Shown: positions 48,300-62,525 of the stretch, in pieces
Layout: each line of letters opens with the position of its first letter
Numbering within the stretch: position 1 is the stretch's first letter
Source of the DNA: Paraspadella gotoi
Lineage: Eukaryota > Animalia > Chaetognatha
NCBI GenBank assembly: GCA_051294375.1
Contig: CM119265.1
Span: 3,975,025-4,039,024 of the forward strand
Length of the DNA stretch: 64,000 bases
Direction of reading: 5' to 3'
Notes under the pieces: model-generated
Told to the model about the DNA's origin: nothing
Database searches by the model: none
What the model saw: the letters and a program-made list of their open reading frames with translations, nothing else
Translations under genes and position numbers: made by a program

Positions 48300-48700
48300 T
48301 TTCCCCCTGCCACAATGGGATCGCTGAAGGCATTGGTGCGTCTGGTCGCTTCTAGGAAAAGCAGGGGAGTCTCCACTTTGCAAGCTGACGACCTGTGGCT
48401 CTTTACGTGAGGCATCTTGGTTGAACCAAAAGACAAAATCCCCGATACTCAAAATACATCAGGTAGCTGTCTATTGGGTGGCCTGTTGCAGGGCAGTGGG
48501 CCACTCAACCTCGCCAGGCCATCATACTGGGTGAGACAGGAAGTCTCTGAGCTAGATCGGTTCAAACAGGACACAAACCATACCGTTGACTCTCGGTCAA
48601 TTTCTGTCAGCATAGCTAGAACATTGGCAAACACTAGGCCATCCTGTTCAGTCGTTCAGAACTTGACTGTTAACATGACAAGCTCTCACGAATCGTCAGA
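48300..48700 (+). mobile_element. Frameshifted Penelope-like GIY-YIG endonuclease fragment
   Basis: Frame-hopping translation gives PKDKIP...VYW..C...Y.GETG.SL..RFKQ...S.A.EH; homologous to 59860-60150 on the minus strand. Confidence 0.6.
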
Positions 48701-51700
48701 GTTCTCTTCAAAGTATCATAATCTCTCTTCGGCCCATTCTTCACTCTTCTATCCTCTCTCTCTCTCCAACCATGAAGACATAAATGAGGTGCGGTTCCGC
48801 AAATGCGATCCGCGAACACTTGATTCCCAGAATTAAACTGCAGAGGGCCGATTTAAGAGCATGTTTAAGAGTGGGAAGACAACTATCAGACAGCAGAACG
48901 TCGGACATCCACGGACATACCGGACGGACTCTTTACAATCTCAAGACATTCAGCCAAATTCGAATTGTTACCGGATATTACTTCATAAATTTCATACATA
49001 AATAGGGTTGAAGAGGAGAATTCTACGATCATTATCATAACTCGGAGATAATGTGTACAAAATGTCAAATGCCTTTGTCAGAGTTTTTTCACAGAAACGA
49101 TTTACTTGCTCTTGATCGTACTCAGATTGATCTATCTAATGTATCGTTGCTTTTACACCATCTCATAGAGCGGTCCGTGGTCTACCGCACGGTTAACAAT
49201 CGCCTTGCTTGGGCGTGACGATACTCTTCGCGCTTTCAATAGATTTTCCATAAGAGCTTGAAATTCGGAATTCAGACCGCTTTCACACAACACACGTCAT
49301 TTCAATTGGTTCATGACATGAGTCTACTATGACATTTCATGTCGTCTTTCAATGATATTTCAATGATCCACCAGATTCTTAATAACACCTTTACTACCTC
49401 TCCCGATTTAATATATTTAATACAAATAATCTATTTATTTTCTTAGGTGACAAAATACAATCCTAATCAACATTCCCTAGCGCATGATACTCTCGTCATA
49501 AGAGACAATAACTAGCAGAATCACAAGCTTTCGATCACACACACTGCCCACAGTTCATTATCGATCCGCAGTGCTCCTGGTTTGGTAAAAATGGAATGGG
49601 ATGGCTAACAATCAAGTTTAATTATTCGTTTTCATGTACAGAACGGGACCAACATCCCAGTTGAATTATTTCAATTGTCTATTTTTTCTGTAATCCGACG
49701 CTCAAAAAGGCGTTAACTATCAAACATCTCCGATAAACGTGTTAAGTTAAACGTTATTGGTATTGGTATTATTGGTATTGTTGGTATTATTCGGTACAAC
49801 CAATATAAAAATTATCCATTCCCATTTAATAAATAATTATATCCTTGCCTCCTGACTTTGTACACAATGAGGACAGCAGAACTGCACACAGTCTCAGTTT
49901 ATTCACTCCCGAGAGTCTCGTGGCATGACCACTCACTAAAGTGGTATAATATTTCCAAAGAATGTTTCACTTGTATAAAAATACCGACTCCCTTACGTAT
50001 ACATAGATGTTATATAGTTATTCTAGTTTCCACGTTCTTAATTTTTATCTGCACAAAAGGAATTTTGACGAACCTCTTCCGCCCGTCGTGGAAGATGAAA
50101 CAGAGATATGAGATTATTGTCGCATTGGTGAATTGATTGGTGATAAAATTCGGATGAATATGGCTCTTTATAAGTGCTCCTGGTCGAGCATTCGCATTGA
50201 CTAATGTTATTGATTCTTGTTTGTTTGTATTTTTTGAGACGCAACCCTAGTTTGTTGGTCGGCCCACATGTAGACACGAGGTCGAGGCTCGGCCCAACTT
50301 CGGAGGGCGAGCCCAATCAGGAGAGCGGTAAGGCAATGCCGGGTTAAATCCGGCGTACAGAAGCTTCGTTCTTTGTCGACGTGACCGGAACCGAGGACGA
50401 GAAACACTCAAAAAAAAGGAATAAAAAGTAGCGTTAAATGTATAGTATTGTAACAATGAAACATAGTAAAGTATTTTATTGCAATATGATTCATGAGGGA
50501 AAAAAACGGATGTCCAGCCAATACCAAACAAAAAAAAAAGAAAAAAAACACCGAAATAGTGAAAAAAAATTAACCTACTGAAAAAAAAAAACCCCATTGA
50601 GTAATAATTTAAAAAAACAGAACAGAAATAACGAAATAACAAATATAATTGACAAAACAATAAAAACGTTCAATACATTAACAAAACTATTTGGGCAAAA
50701 TGAAATTTTTTGTTTCACAACGATTTTATTTTTATCATATAAAACCGTACATGTTTTCGGCTTTTGGATGCAAGCCTTCTTTCAGCGTCAAATGGAATAA
50801 CATGGATGTTGACAATCATTGACGCTGATGAAAGGCTTGCAATCCAAACCGCCGAAACATGTACGTTTATATATAAAATAAAAATTCGTTGTGAACAAAA
50901 AAATCATCTTTGCCCAAATACCTACTCAACAAACACAACAAGAAAAGAAAAATGGTGTTCAGTTGGGGCCTACTACTATTGACAAAAACTCAAAATTCCA
51001 AAGACTATAAAACCAAATATCGAGACACATAAACAAGACGAAAGCAACACAGGTGAAAAATAACAAAAAAAAGAAAAAGCCGAAATGAAGAGGAAAGGTC
51101 AACCACACAATGAAAACAATCAATACGTATTGCTAAATGTATCCGTCATTGAGTATTGTCAATGTAGTTGCAATGTAATAGCATATGAGTCAATACGGAT
51201 TGTCAATGTAGGTCAATGCTAACAGAGAAGCAAAATCGCACACCATGGTCAATACCCACGCCCAAGGAAACGATAAACTTCAAATTGGACAATCGAGGAA
51301 AACATACAAAAGTAATAAAGATCCAAACAAAAAAGAGGGAAGTGAGCAGAATTTACCGGTGAATAAGAGAGTTCCTCCGAAAAGAACAAAAAGAAAAACT
51401 GAGATTTTAAAATTCGCTTTTTATGTCGAGTAAACTGGCACGTTTCAACAAACGTGAGAGAGAGAGAGAAGAGAGAGCACGATGAAAGATACGAGAAAGG
51501 AGAGAGAGCCCCTGAGGAGAAGAAGAGAGCAGAGTTAAATAAATCTCAATGATGAAGGTTTGAGAAAACTTTCAGCTTTTTTCCATTTGTCGCATCTCGT
51601 TTCTCTTCTCCTCGGAAATCAAAACATTGGGGGGTTGGCCGCCCTCTTTCAATCAAAGTAACATTTTAGCGTAAAAACGTGAGACGTGTCCAGACATCTA

Positions 51701-53224
51701 CAATGAACCCTCATAAGTCAACTAAGACGACGACGACGGACGACGACGACGAAGACGAGAATGAAACGACTGTTCCGAGGAAAAATTAGAACGGACCGAG
51801 AATTGTGACCCACAAGAGTTAAAAAAAGTAGAGATCAGGAGAAAAAACTTTTATCGACGCAAACGACCGACATCAAACCGATCTAAAGATCCAATAATCT
51901 TGTTATCCCTTAGCGAACGAATGTTTGCGTCTGCCCGTCCGAGAAATCCGAGGGAGGTTATGCGCTACACGACGTACAACGAAACACAACGTACGACAAC
52001 TTAATAATATCTCGTTCGAATGTAAAACTCCATGATCGATTTACAGGAAAAGTCAAATAAAAGAAACTTAAATAAAAGATTACAATTAAGAAAGCTAAAG
52101 GAAAAAAAAAAACAGGTTAAATAAACGTAGAAGAAATGAAAAAATTTGTTTGTTTGTTTTATAAGACAAGGCATGAAAAAGAAAGTAAAATAATGGTGAT
52201 CGATGATGATGATAAGGAGGAGGAGAAGGAGGTTAGGAGGACGAGGAAGGAAAAATTGCTGAAAGAAAGCGATTTCTTAACGGCTGAGACTATGACGGAC
52301 GCTCTTTGACTTTTCCGTCGCCCGTCGTTCCGTCGTCGTCGTCGTCTTGAGTTCGCTTTGAACAGTCATACTCATTTTTGAAGCTCTAAACTTTTTAAAC
52401 CGTCGTCTCTCTTTTTATTAATTTTTCTCTTCATCTTTTAGCTTTCCGCTAATCCCGTTAAATTTTACCACCGCAAAAGGAGGTCGTAATTTTCGCACGA
52501 GACTAACCGAACAATTAAGATCCTTTATTTCATATATTATGACTTCCAGAAAATTATAAAAGAAAATCTTATTACAAATCATCATAATTATATTAAGACA
52601 ATTTTAACATTTTAAGACATTTAATTGAAGATAATTCAATATTTAGTGAGACAAATTTTTTAATGTTAATGACAATATATCTAATTGAAACATTTAAATC
52701 CTATGATATAAAGCATTTAATTTAAGACATTTAAATTTACCTCTGTATATTTATAACAATTAATTTTTAATAGATTGTTATAATCTTCTATTTTTGAGAT
52801 ATAACTTGTAGCATAACTAAGTTTGTTATCGAATCTCCAATTTAGAGAATATATAACACTCCGAAATTAAAATCTAATGAAAAACAATTCTGTTAAAAAT
52901 ATGCTTCCTTTGTCTCTCTTCTACAACATATTGAATTATTTTACACATTTGCTTTTGCCACACTGATCTATTACTCATTAATCTTCTCACCAAGATTAGA
53001 CTCCTCTATTCTCTTCACATATCATACCATTAAAACCTGTACTCTTTTATCTTTTAATGACATAATTCTACGTTCTTATAACTTAAAAATTTCACCCTCA
53101 AAACTGTCCTGTCACCGCAGCATCTTAATTGGGCTATTTTCTTCCCTAATTTTTTCTGTCTCTCTCACTCATTCCAAAAGTCATTAAATGGAAAAACCCA
53201 GAAAAATGTGAAATATGTCAAAAA

Positions 53225-53265
53225 CACGCTGATGAAGGCATGCAGGAAAGCTGAAACATGTCGCT
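53225..53265 (+). ncRNA. Related hammerhead motif in low-quality sequence
   Basis: cacg-CTGATGA-aggcatgcaggaaagct-GAAACATGTC; the downstream aaattcgttg is shared with the 43.8-kb motif. Confidence 0.5.
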
Positions 53266-56200
53266 AGACCAATAATTACAAAACTACATAAATTCGTTGT
53301 TTTGATAATTATACGACTTCTAGGTATTAACCTGTCAAAGTAACTTGTTTAAGTAAATTATAATGCAATTACAGATTCCCGAGGTGAAGGAAGATTAACG
53401 GCGAAATTTTAAAGATTCTGAGGAATTCAAATATGCATTTTTTGCCCATATTCCTTCCCATTAAGATGTCCGCCACACTTTAATTGTATTGTATTCGTGT
53501 GCACAAGAATATTGAGGGTTCAATTCAGGTTTTTTTTTTTTTCCGAGTGATTTTCCTGTGTTTTTTTTTTTCCACATTTTTTTTACAAAGTTTTTACTCT
53601 TTATTAACACTCTCTCGTGCAAATGAGCTCGAGAGTATTGCACTCAGAATTTCACTTTTTTAATATTATACTTACACATCCTATCCTACTAGATCAAAAA
53701 GGCTATGGCTCTTCGCGTTTTAATCTTCCTAGGCTTTTATTGTCAAACAAAGTACGGGTAATTTTATCTTAGTTCCACTTAGACAGTGGACACAGATTAA
53801 CCCATGGAGTTTTTACTTTTTCATTGACCGTATATAATTTCTACGCCGATCATAAACTGTTCAATTTCAAATTTTTTTGGACGTTGACGAATTTATATTT
53901 AAATTTATTTATTTAAAATTAGGAATGCATAATGAGTACTAAGAAAAGAGAATCATGCACTTGTGTTTCTCAATATTTATTTAGTGTTGGAGTCGCGATC
54001 GTTTCTTTCGAGCAAAGTTGATAATGTCGGTGACGATTCTCATTTCCGCCGGTGCAAATGAAAAACGATTGATGACGAACGACGAAATTAAATTGTCGTC
54101 CCCCTCATATGTTGTCACTTAAACTTCCGTAGATAAATGTGAACTTCTTGTTCGTTCTTTCGACGGCCTTCCTTTCGAAATCCTTTTTTCACGGTTTGGT
54201 AAACAAAATCTTCACGGAGGAAAATCATCTAAAAAAAATATCATATCATATACTTCTCGATTAGTATTTAACAAAGAGCTTTTTTTACATGTCAAACTCA
54301 GCTTTCGTCTGAGCTCGTTCACATTCGAGTACCTTTCGAGTTTTCCCAATTGCCACTCCTGACTCATTTAGTCAATCATCCTAAATGCATAAGAAAAAAT
54401 TTGCACACTTAATCCGTTATACATTCCGATTCATCATAGTAGATTCATGCTTCCGCAATATCAACTTCATTCGTGATTCAATTCCCATGGAAGCATTTTA
54501 TTGTCTCACGTTTTCTCGGGTCTTACCAAAAAAGTCTAAGGTGATGCCCCGATGCTCGTGCTCAACCCGAGTTAAAGCGGAGGCCAAAAAAAGTTTAAAA
54601 TAAAATCATATTTAGATTTGAAAAAAAAAGGTTTTTCCCCTATACCGGCTAAAATGTAAAAAAAAACTTATTTAAAATTTAATCTAAAAAAAAAAAATTA
54701 AATTTTTTAAAACGTTAATTATTTAAAGTTAATCTTAATCTCTGACAAAGGCATAAAGATAGTTTAAATGAGGAATTATACGTCAAGTATGTATAAAGCT
54801 CTAAGTTATTTATACATTTTAAATATTATTAATTGAAATCCTTTTAAAACAACTTATATTCGATACTATGAGAATATTATATTTTGTCCTAAATATTATA
54901 GTAGGATATTCTCAATCACATTCACTTCTCGTTCCTTTCACTATGGAAATGTTCATCTGACACGAGATCAACCATAATTATATATATATACATGTTCTCA
55001 GACGCGTCCATAATCCTGTAGTGCCAAAGATGTAAAAGTAAGACTTTATCCAAGCAGATTGGAGGTTTCATATAAGCAAAATAAGATCAGTGGTGTTAGG
55101 AACCGTCGTCGAAAGAATTATAAACAAAAATTAGTCCTTAGAAAAATCTTACAGTTAAATTATATATTATTTATTACTTTCAATAAAGGAATATATACAA
55201 ACGCCAAGAATGTCTGTTTTGAATTTATTAAGAGAGGAGAATTCGAACAAAACTCCTTAATGACGAGGCACAGTTAGAATTCTGAAGGACGGCATTTGGC
55301 GAGGGTTGCGTGTTGTTATGAGTGGGATTGGCGTCTCTGTGCGATTTTCTGGCATTCAACAGTTTTCTCTGAAAATCCTTACCAGTCGTCAAAAGAAGTA
55401 AGAGGATGGCGTCTGTCCACCGAGTGGGGTGCCTTTCCTTTTGCGTAAAGTTAATTCCAGTGGTTTAAAGATGGCAGAGAAAAATAAAATGCAAACATCT
55501 GATCATAATTCTTAGTTTTTAAGTATGTTCAAATTAAAATATTAAAATTTTAAGGAAGAAGTTTGATTTATAGAAAGTTAGACAAAGATTTTGTTTTATT
55601 AGAATATAAATGGAGCATTTAAATAAAAATATATACCTACCCATTTTTAACTTACACCTTATATTCTTACGATCTATATTATAATATATTCTCTGATTTA
55701 TTGTCTTAATTGGATATATTAGAAAAGAGAGTACAACATTCTTGTTTATCTGGATGCTGTTTTTGGTGTATGATTTTTGATCTTAATGATATGATTGCAA
55801 TCAGAATGTTATTAGACCTAATTAATTACAAGATCATTACCAGATATATTAAGATTGTCCGATTGTGGGTCAAGAAGATTGAAGGAAATATTGATCCAGG
55901 GAACTATGGTTTCTTATATTTACTAATTATATTTGGAATATTTAGTCAAATATTATAGGGCATAAAGGAGGATGGTATAGAGGTCCCTTGTATCATTCTG
56001 GCTGGAATTTAATTTGTAAGACATATCAATATTAAGTTGAGAGAATTATATGGTCGGGTTAAGTTTGTTAAAGATTAGTTGAGAGAAATTAGGGTTCGTT
56101 TGAAATAGGAGAAAGAACATGGAAAAAATCTAAGTGGATACGGTATTCGAATTATTTTGTATATTGTGTTTAAATTAATATATGATTACCAGGATGGGGA

Positions 56201-58959
56201 GCGGAAAAAAGATAAAGTCGTTGATCACATTTTCGTGGATTAGACAAAAGACAAAGCGAGATAGATGACGTGGACAGGAATCAAAAAAAAAAATTATGCT
56301 AAGATTTGTCTCTTATACAAATTCATCGTTTTCCTGTGGACAATCAATGGGAGAATTTTATTATATAAGAGTTATCGCTGGAGGGCGGTGTGATTGGGTT
56401 GGTTATGGTAGGCATTGATTTGTTTATGTGTTTGTTTTGTTGGGGCGCGAGGTTGTTTTGGGGAATGTTAAGGTCATTATGATATGTCGGGCATTACTAT
56501 GCCGAGTTAGTAGATTGATGGTAAATAAATCGTGGTGGATGTGTCTTTTGGGGTGTGTGTGCTTCTTGTGGTTCTTTGGAGAGGATTGGAGAAGGACTGA
56601 TTAAAGGATTATTTGTTTGTTAAGGTGAGAGGTTGATGGTGACTGATTGTGTAGATGGAGATATTGTGAACTAGCAGATTAATCGGGAGAGGATATATCG
56701 AATTTGATTTAGGGAAGGAATACATAGAATTTTATTCAAAATAATAATGGAATATAGAAGCTCAAAGTGAATAGTGAGGTGTAAATAGAAATAAATTTGT
56801 TAGAGTTTTGGAGGAGAGTGAGACAAATAGTTTCTAATAGTCAATTTAGTCATTAAAAAGGCTGATTCAAATTTCAAAAGTTTTTCAATCTTTCTTAACA
56901 ATGGACATTTAACAATAGGTGAAGAATGATCATTTGCCGTACGATCTATCGCCTCGGAAAATACGTGATTAAATGAGGATTGCGGAATATCAATGATCTA
57001 TGAATTAAGATAAAATCGGTCTGTGAATAACAAAAATCAGATGACAATAAGAGGGAATCACAAACATTAGTATTGTTTTTCGCTCAGAACAGTTGTTATC
57101 TAATCAAATAAGTTCAAGGCAGAGTGGACAAATTAGAGCCATAAACATGACATTGTATTCAATTAACTAATGATTGTCCACATGTCATAGCGCGGAAGAA
57201 TTTCTAAAATATGAAGTTTATATGAATACATTATAAGTTTTAAATGTGTATATTGGGGTGTCAATTATTACTTCCGCCCGGAGATTAAGAGGGTGGTAGG
57301 CAGTAGAAGGAAATCGTTTATTGGAGCAGTGGTGGTTTTTAAGGGATTTGAGAGGTGAGGTGTTAGCGGGTGAACAAAGTGGTTTGGTAGATTGGGTAAT
57401 TAATTTTATTAATTGTGACACCATTAGTAATTATTATTCACTATTAAAACAAACAATTAGTAAGTTTCCTATAAATTATTCTATCAACAACTTTACTCTA
57501 ATTTATAATTTTATTAGAAACATCAATTAAATAACTAACAAAGAATTTATAGATCAGAATGTTTGATTTTTATTGTTATTCTTGTTTCTGATTCCTTTTA
57601 AAATCAACAGTCTGAATGTAATACTTTCGCAAAAGGAGGAAGACCCATCTCGTGGACAGATCGCTCATCTTTATATTCTTATTGACGGGTTCAAGTGAGT
57701 ATAACAAAGAGGACTGTGATTCTTTGTGCCTTTCGTCAAAAGGAGTTTTTGGTCCGAATTCCCGATAAAATCAAACGAATCGGCCGATTACAGCCTCATA
57801 TGGGAAATAATAGAGTACAGTTAATTTCAATTTAAATTGTAAGGATATTTCTTTTATTCAAAGTGAACCATATTTTATAGTTTATGGATCTTATATCGAC
57901 GTACGGAGAGTTAACCATCTGTAGTTCATATTTAGCTCTAATATAAACCAATTTCTTGATAAGTCTTCTTTTTGCAACAATCTTTGGAGAGGAATATGGA
58001 TCGGCTCCATTGGAACAGTAGATTATATATATATATTTATTAGAGTGTGATCTCGTTCAGATGAGAGGCATTGCTATTCTTATTCCATAGATGGAAAGAA
58101 AGTTGAATGTGAAAGAAATACTCGTACATATTTTACGGTGTAAATAAAATTAAGTCTCTCATTAGCTATCGAAAGGTTAAGGATTTGCCCTTATATATTT
58201 AATAGTGTCTAAAATAAACTAAAGTTCGTACTTTGGACGTATATTCCTCATTTAAATTCTTTTAATGCTTGTCAGAGAAAGATTAAACTTATTAAATAAT
58301 TAACTTTTTAAAAAATTTATTTTTTTTAAAGATTAAATTTTAAAATTTAAGTTTTTTACATTTTAGCCGTAGAAAAAACTTTTTTTTCCACTCTATATGG
58401 AATTTTTAACCTTTTTGGCTCCGGTAACGAGCATCGCGAACCAGTTGAAGACTTGCTTCGGATAATGACAATTTTTTAGGCGATTTTTTTCTCTTTTGCT
58501 AAGGAATGATATAGCGTCGCTGTCAAAAAATCTAGTCTCAAATAAAGAATTTTCCAGGAAGAAAAACGAACGTATTCCAAGAAGAAGGAAAGTTCGACTC
58601 CAAAAACCTAAATAAATATGAGAAAACACTTAGTCTCTGCTTTTTCTTTGTAACGTTGGTCGTTAACCCATGGTTTAATCTTTTCAAAGAAACTCCCTAT
58701 TTTTAAAGCAAGAGCCTCTTTTTATCTTTAGTGGATAGGGATTAGAAATTATAGCAAATCTTGCATCTCAGCTAATTGCCTTGAGTAATGACAGTGGACA
58801 CTCGAATACCAAACTGACCCAGAACATTCTTTGGCGGCTCTTAATGGAAGGATAATGGTCAAATCATATAGATTAAAATCTCTTCCCTTCATGTAATGAT
58901 TAAATTTACAAATACCTACACTTTAACCTTGGAACTATCAACCATTTATTTTAATCCGG

Positions 58960-58996
58960 GACATGTTTCACTTCCTGCATGCCTATCATCAGCGTG
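58960..58996 (-). ncRNA. Related hammerhead motif downstream of the Penelope endonuclease relic
   Basis: Reverse complement reads cacg-CTGATGA-taggcatgcaggaagt-GAAACATGTC. Confidence 0.5.
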
Positions 58997-60455
58997 TTTT
59001 TGACAATTTCAACATTTTCGGTTTTCAGTTTATTTGGCGGAGAGACAGGAAAAAATTGAGGGAAGAAAATAGCCAATAACGATGTGACGACGGACAGTGG
59101 TGAAATTGGACAGGTAAGTTGGGAGAATAGAGGGAGAGAAGAAAGGTCAGGGAAATGAAATAAATTGTGAGAGACAGGAAGCAGAGGTAACATTTTAGAG
59201 AGCCATACATTAGTTAATTCACACAATAGGTAAATAAATAAATGAATGTAAACAGCACTTAATGGTAACTAAATTAAAATCAGATTGATTAATAGAAATA
59301 TTAAATTTTTATATGGAATAAATGTGAGGGATGGAAAGTAAAAATTCAGGTGAAAATAATATAAGGAGACGAAAGCTCACATGAGCCTGTCCCCGGTCAC
59401 AGGAGGATGCTGCGAGTGGTTGGGCATGTGTGTCTAGGTTGAGAGGAGTATTGTGATGAAAGGAGTGCAAATTGGAAGCCAAGAGAAACTGGATATCTTT
59501 AGCCTGATAAGCCTCAAAAGGCCTCGTCTCGCCTTGGGGTGGGTTGGCGATTTGTTCCCGGCCCGTCTTTTTAAAAATGATTCCTCCTCTTGCACAATTT
59601 TTGGTAAGCGCCGACGAGAAGGTCGGGACTGGTGTGTTACAGGAATGCTGGGGGCATCAAGTACGGGAGGTCTCGGGCCTGACCATTGGAGTGGGCAGGG
59701 GTACTGTACAGCGGGGAGAGGCGCATCCACGCACTACTGGGATAGCGAATCATAGCTGGAGGGAGGTCATTTGTCCTCCTGACTGTTCAAAGAGGTCTTG
59801 ATGAAAACCCTCGATACCCTGAAGAACCAGTTGGTTCATGACAGCACCCAAGTCATCTCTAACAGATGCAGTGTTGCCAATGTTATCTCTATTGCTGAAG
59901 AAATGACCACGAGAGTCACGTAGTTTATCCGTTTGAACCGATCTGTCCAGACTTCCCTTTCACCACGTAGAGCTGTGCAGGGTGGTGCACCCTGACAGCA
60001 CCCAATAGACAGCCTATTTTTTGCTGGGGATTTTGTCTTTTGGTTACCAAATGCTCACAGTAAAGAGCCCAGTGTCACTGAATGGAGATCCTCTTTCCTA
60101 CACCGCACTAATGCTTCACGATCCCTGGTGGCAGGAGGGAAATTAACTACGTCTTAGGAGCTTCTGTTATTTCCATTCCGAAGGTGCTCATTTTTTCCTA
60201 TTATTCATAAATCTATTTCCACTACCCAACATCTTATTTATTCAATTATTTCAATTTCATAATTCATCTAATTCATTAGTTACTAATCTGTTACATATAT
60301 CCTCTATTATGAATTTAACAGTATGGTCTCCTTGTTACTCGCTCCTTCTCTCTCTCATCTCAACTTAAAACGTCTCACATTTCTCCACTGCCTGACATCT
60401 TTGTTGCTACTTCTTCCTCAATTTCTCTTCCTCCTCTGCTCATCTCTCTGTCTCT
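58960..60455 (-). mobile_element. 5'-truncated Penelope-like element: GIY-YIG relic (~60150-59750), 3' region ending in a hammerhead, and an inverted copy of the 3' region at 60170-60455
   Basis: Minus strand ccaaaagacaaaatcccc (PKDKIP), gctgtctattgg (AVYW), tacgtggtgaaaggga (YVGETG-like), tcagcaatag..aacattgg (SAIAEH-like); 60170-60455 resembles the reverse complement of 59040-59380. Confidence 0.6.
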
Positions 60456-60926
60456 CAAAAGTCATAATGCGTTCTCGAAAGTTTTAAGAGATCGAGAAAA
60501 TGTTGTTTTTTTTTTATTTTTGCTAAACTGATANNNNNNNNNNNNNNNNNNNNNNNNNTTTTTTCCAGTTTTTCTTTTTGCCAAGAAAAAGAAAAAGAAA
60601 AAGAAAAAACGCAGAAAACAAAAATCGGTTTTGTTTCGGAAACGTAAATCGTTTTTTCGTTGATGATCGATTTTGTCGTCAACGTCGTCGTTGTCTTCGT
60701 CGTCGTCCATGTCGTTGTCGTCGTCTTTGTCGTCGTCGTCGTCATCGTCTTAATTTGTTTTATGTTGTTGTGGACTGCATTACGGTCTTTGCATTGGGCG
60801 TTGTCGTTTTCGTTGTTGTCCTTGAAAATGCCGACTTTTTCATTTTATTATTGTTGTTGATCTTTTCTTCTTATTTATTTATGACACTTATTTTCAATGT
60901 TTATGTTTTTGATGATGATGGTGATA

Positions 60927-61022
<96 letters not shown>

Positions 61023-61139
61023 CTGATAATGTCGCGAATTAATTCAACGACAATTTATTTCTCATCGATCCATTTCTAAGTCGACGTCGAAAATGAGGCG
61101 AGTCACGATTTTGAGGCTGACGTCGCACGAATTCCGAAA

Positions 61140-61690
61140 AAGTCGAAAATGACTAGAATGCCAAGAATGTCTAAATAGTGTTGAAATTTGAGGCCGGAAT
61201 GGCCAAAGATCGTTGAGAATGCCGACACTTGCGGGGTATGCCGAGAATCAAGAATGTCTGAAAGGTTGAGAGAATGCCGAGAATGCCCAAGAATGTGAGG
61301 AATGCCGAACGTGACAGGGGGCGTAGCTAAGCCGAACATGCACAAAGAAATGAATTCGAAAGTGTGAGAATCCGAAGCAACGACAATGCCAAAAATGTGA
61401 GAAATTGCCGAACGTGCGGGGTATGCTCGAGAAAAAGCCAAGAATTGAATGCGAACGTGCGTGAATGCCGAGAAATGCCAGAATGATATTTGAGAAGTCC
61501 GAACTGGCGGGTATGCCGAGAAAAATGGCCAAGAATGTTAGATCCGGCCGAACACTGCGAGGTTATGACCGAGAAATGCCAGATGTTTAGATTGCCGAAC
61601 ATGCGAGGTATGCCGAGAATGGCAGGAATGTTTAGATTGCCGAACATGCGAGGTATGCCGAGAATGTTGAGAAGAATCGCCAGAATTGAT
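61140..61690. repeat. Degenerate satellite built on aatgccgag/atgccgaac units, including a 45-bp near-perfect dimer at ~61582-61665
   Basis: Direct inspection. Confidence 0.75.
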
Positions 61691-62214
61691 AAATTGATTA
61701 ATGTAAAACCAATAATCAAGTTTACAAACAAGTTTCCTTATAACAAAGTAAATTTATTTTCACTTTAATTCTAGTATTTTTGGTTAAGATTATGTTTTCG
61801 AGGTGCGAAGGTGACTGAACCCCGCGTTTTACACTCCCTGTCTCTTCCCTCTCTTCTTTCTCTTCATCCTCTCTCTCGCTCTTCTTTCTCTCTTCTCTCT
61901 CTCTCTCTCATCCTCTGCTCTCTCTCCTCTCTTCTCTCTCTCTACTCTCTCTTTCTTTCTCTCTTCTTCTCTTGCTCCTCTTCTCTGCTCTCTCCCCTCC
62001 CCCTCTCTCTCCATCCTCTCTTCTTCCTCACTCTCTCTCTCTCTCTCTCTCCCTCCTCTCTCTCTTTCTCTCTCTCTCTGCTCTCTCTCTCTCCTCTTCT
62101 CTCTCTCTTCTCTCTCCTCTCTCTCTCTCTCTCTCTTCTCATTTCTTATTTCATCATCTTTTCTCTCTCAAAACAAGGTTTTTCGCGCCTTCGAAAGTTT
62201 TACATGAAATTCTA

Positions 62215-62458
62215 TCAGTAGTCAAGTCTTTATTGTTGGTGGGAGTTGTCCGTTGGAAGTCAGAAGAAAGCGTCGGAAGCGAAGACGGCGAAGTAGATCG
62301 TCAACGAGGGTCGACGATCGAAGAGCTCCTCAAAATTGGGATGGGGTTGCGGGAGTTTAAGATCGAGACCTCGTAAGATTTCGCCGGTAAAATTTTAAGG
62401 AACAAGTTTTACTTTTAGAATAATTTTTTTTAATTTGGAAAAAACATATTGGGACCGG

Positions 62459-62525
<67 letters not shown>

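Noticed and set aside
55280-57700. Possible degraded reverse-transcriptase sequence
   Set aside because: Sequence too error-ridden; no convincing RT motif in any frame
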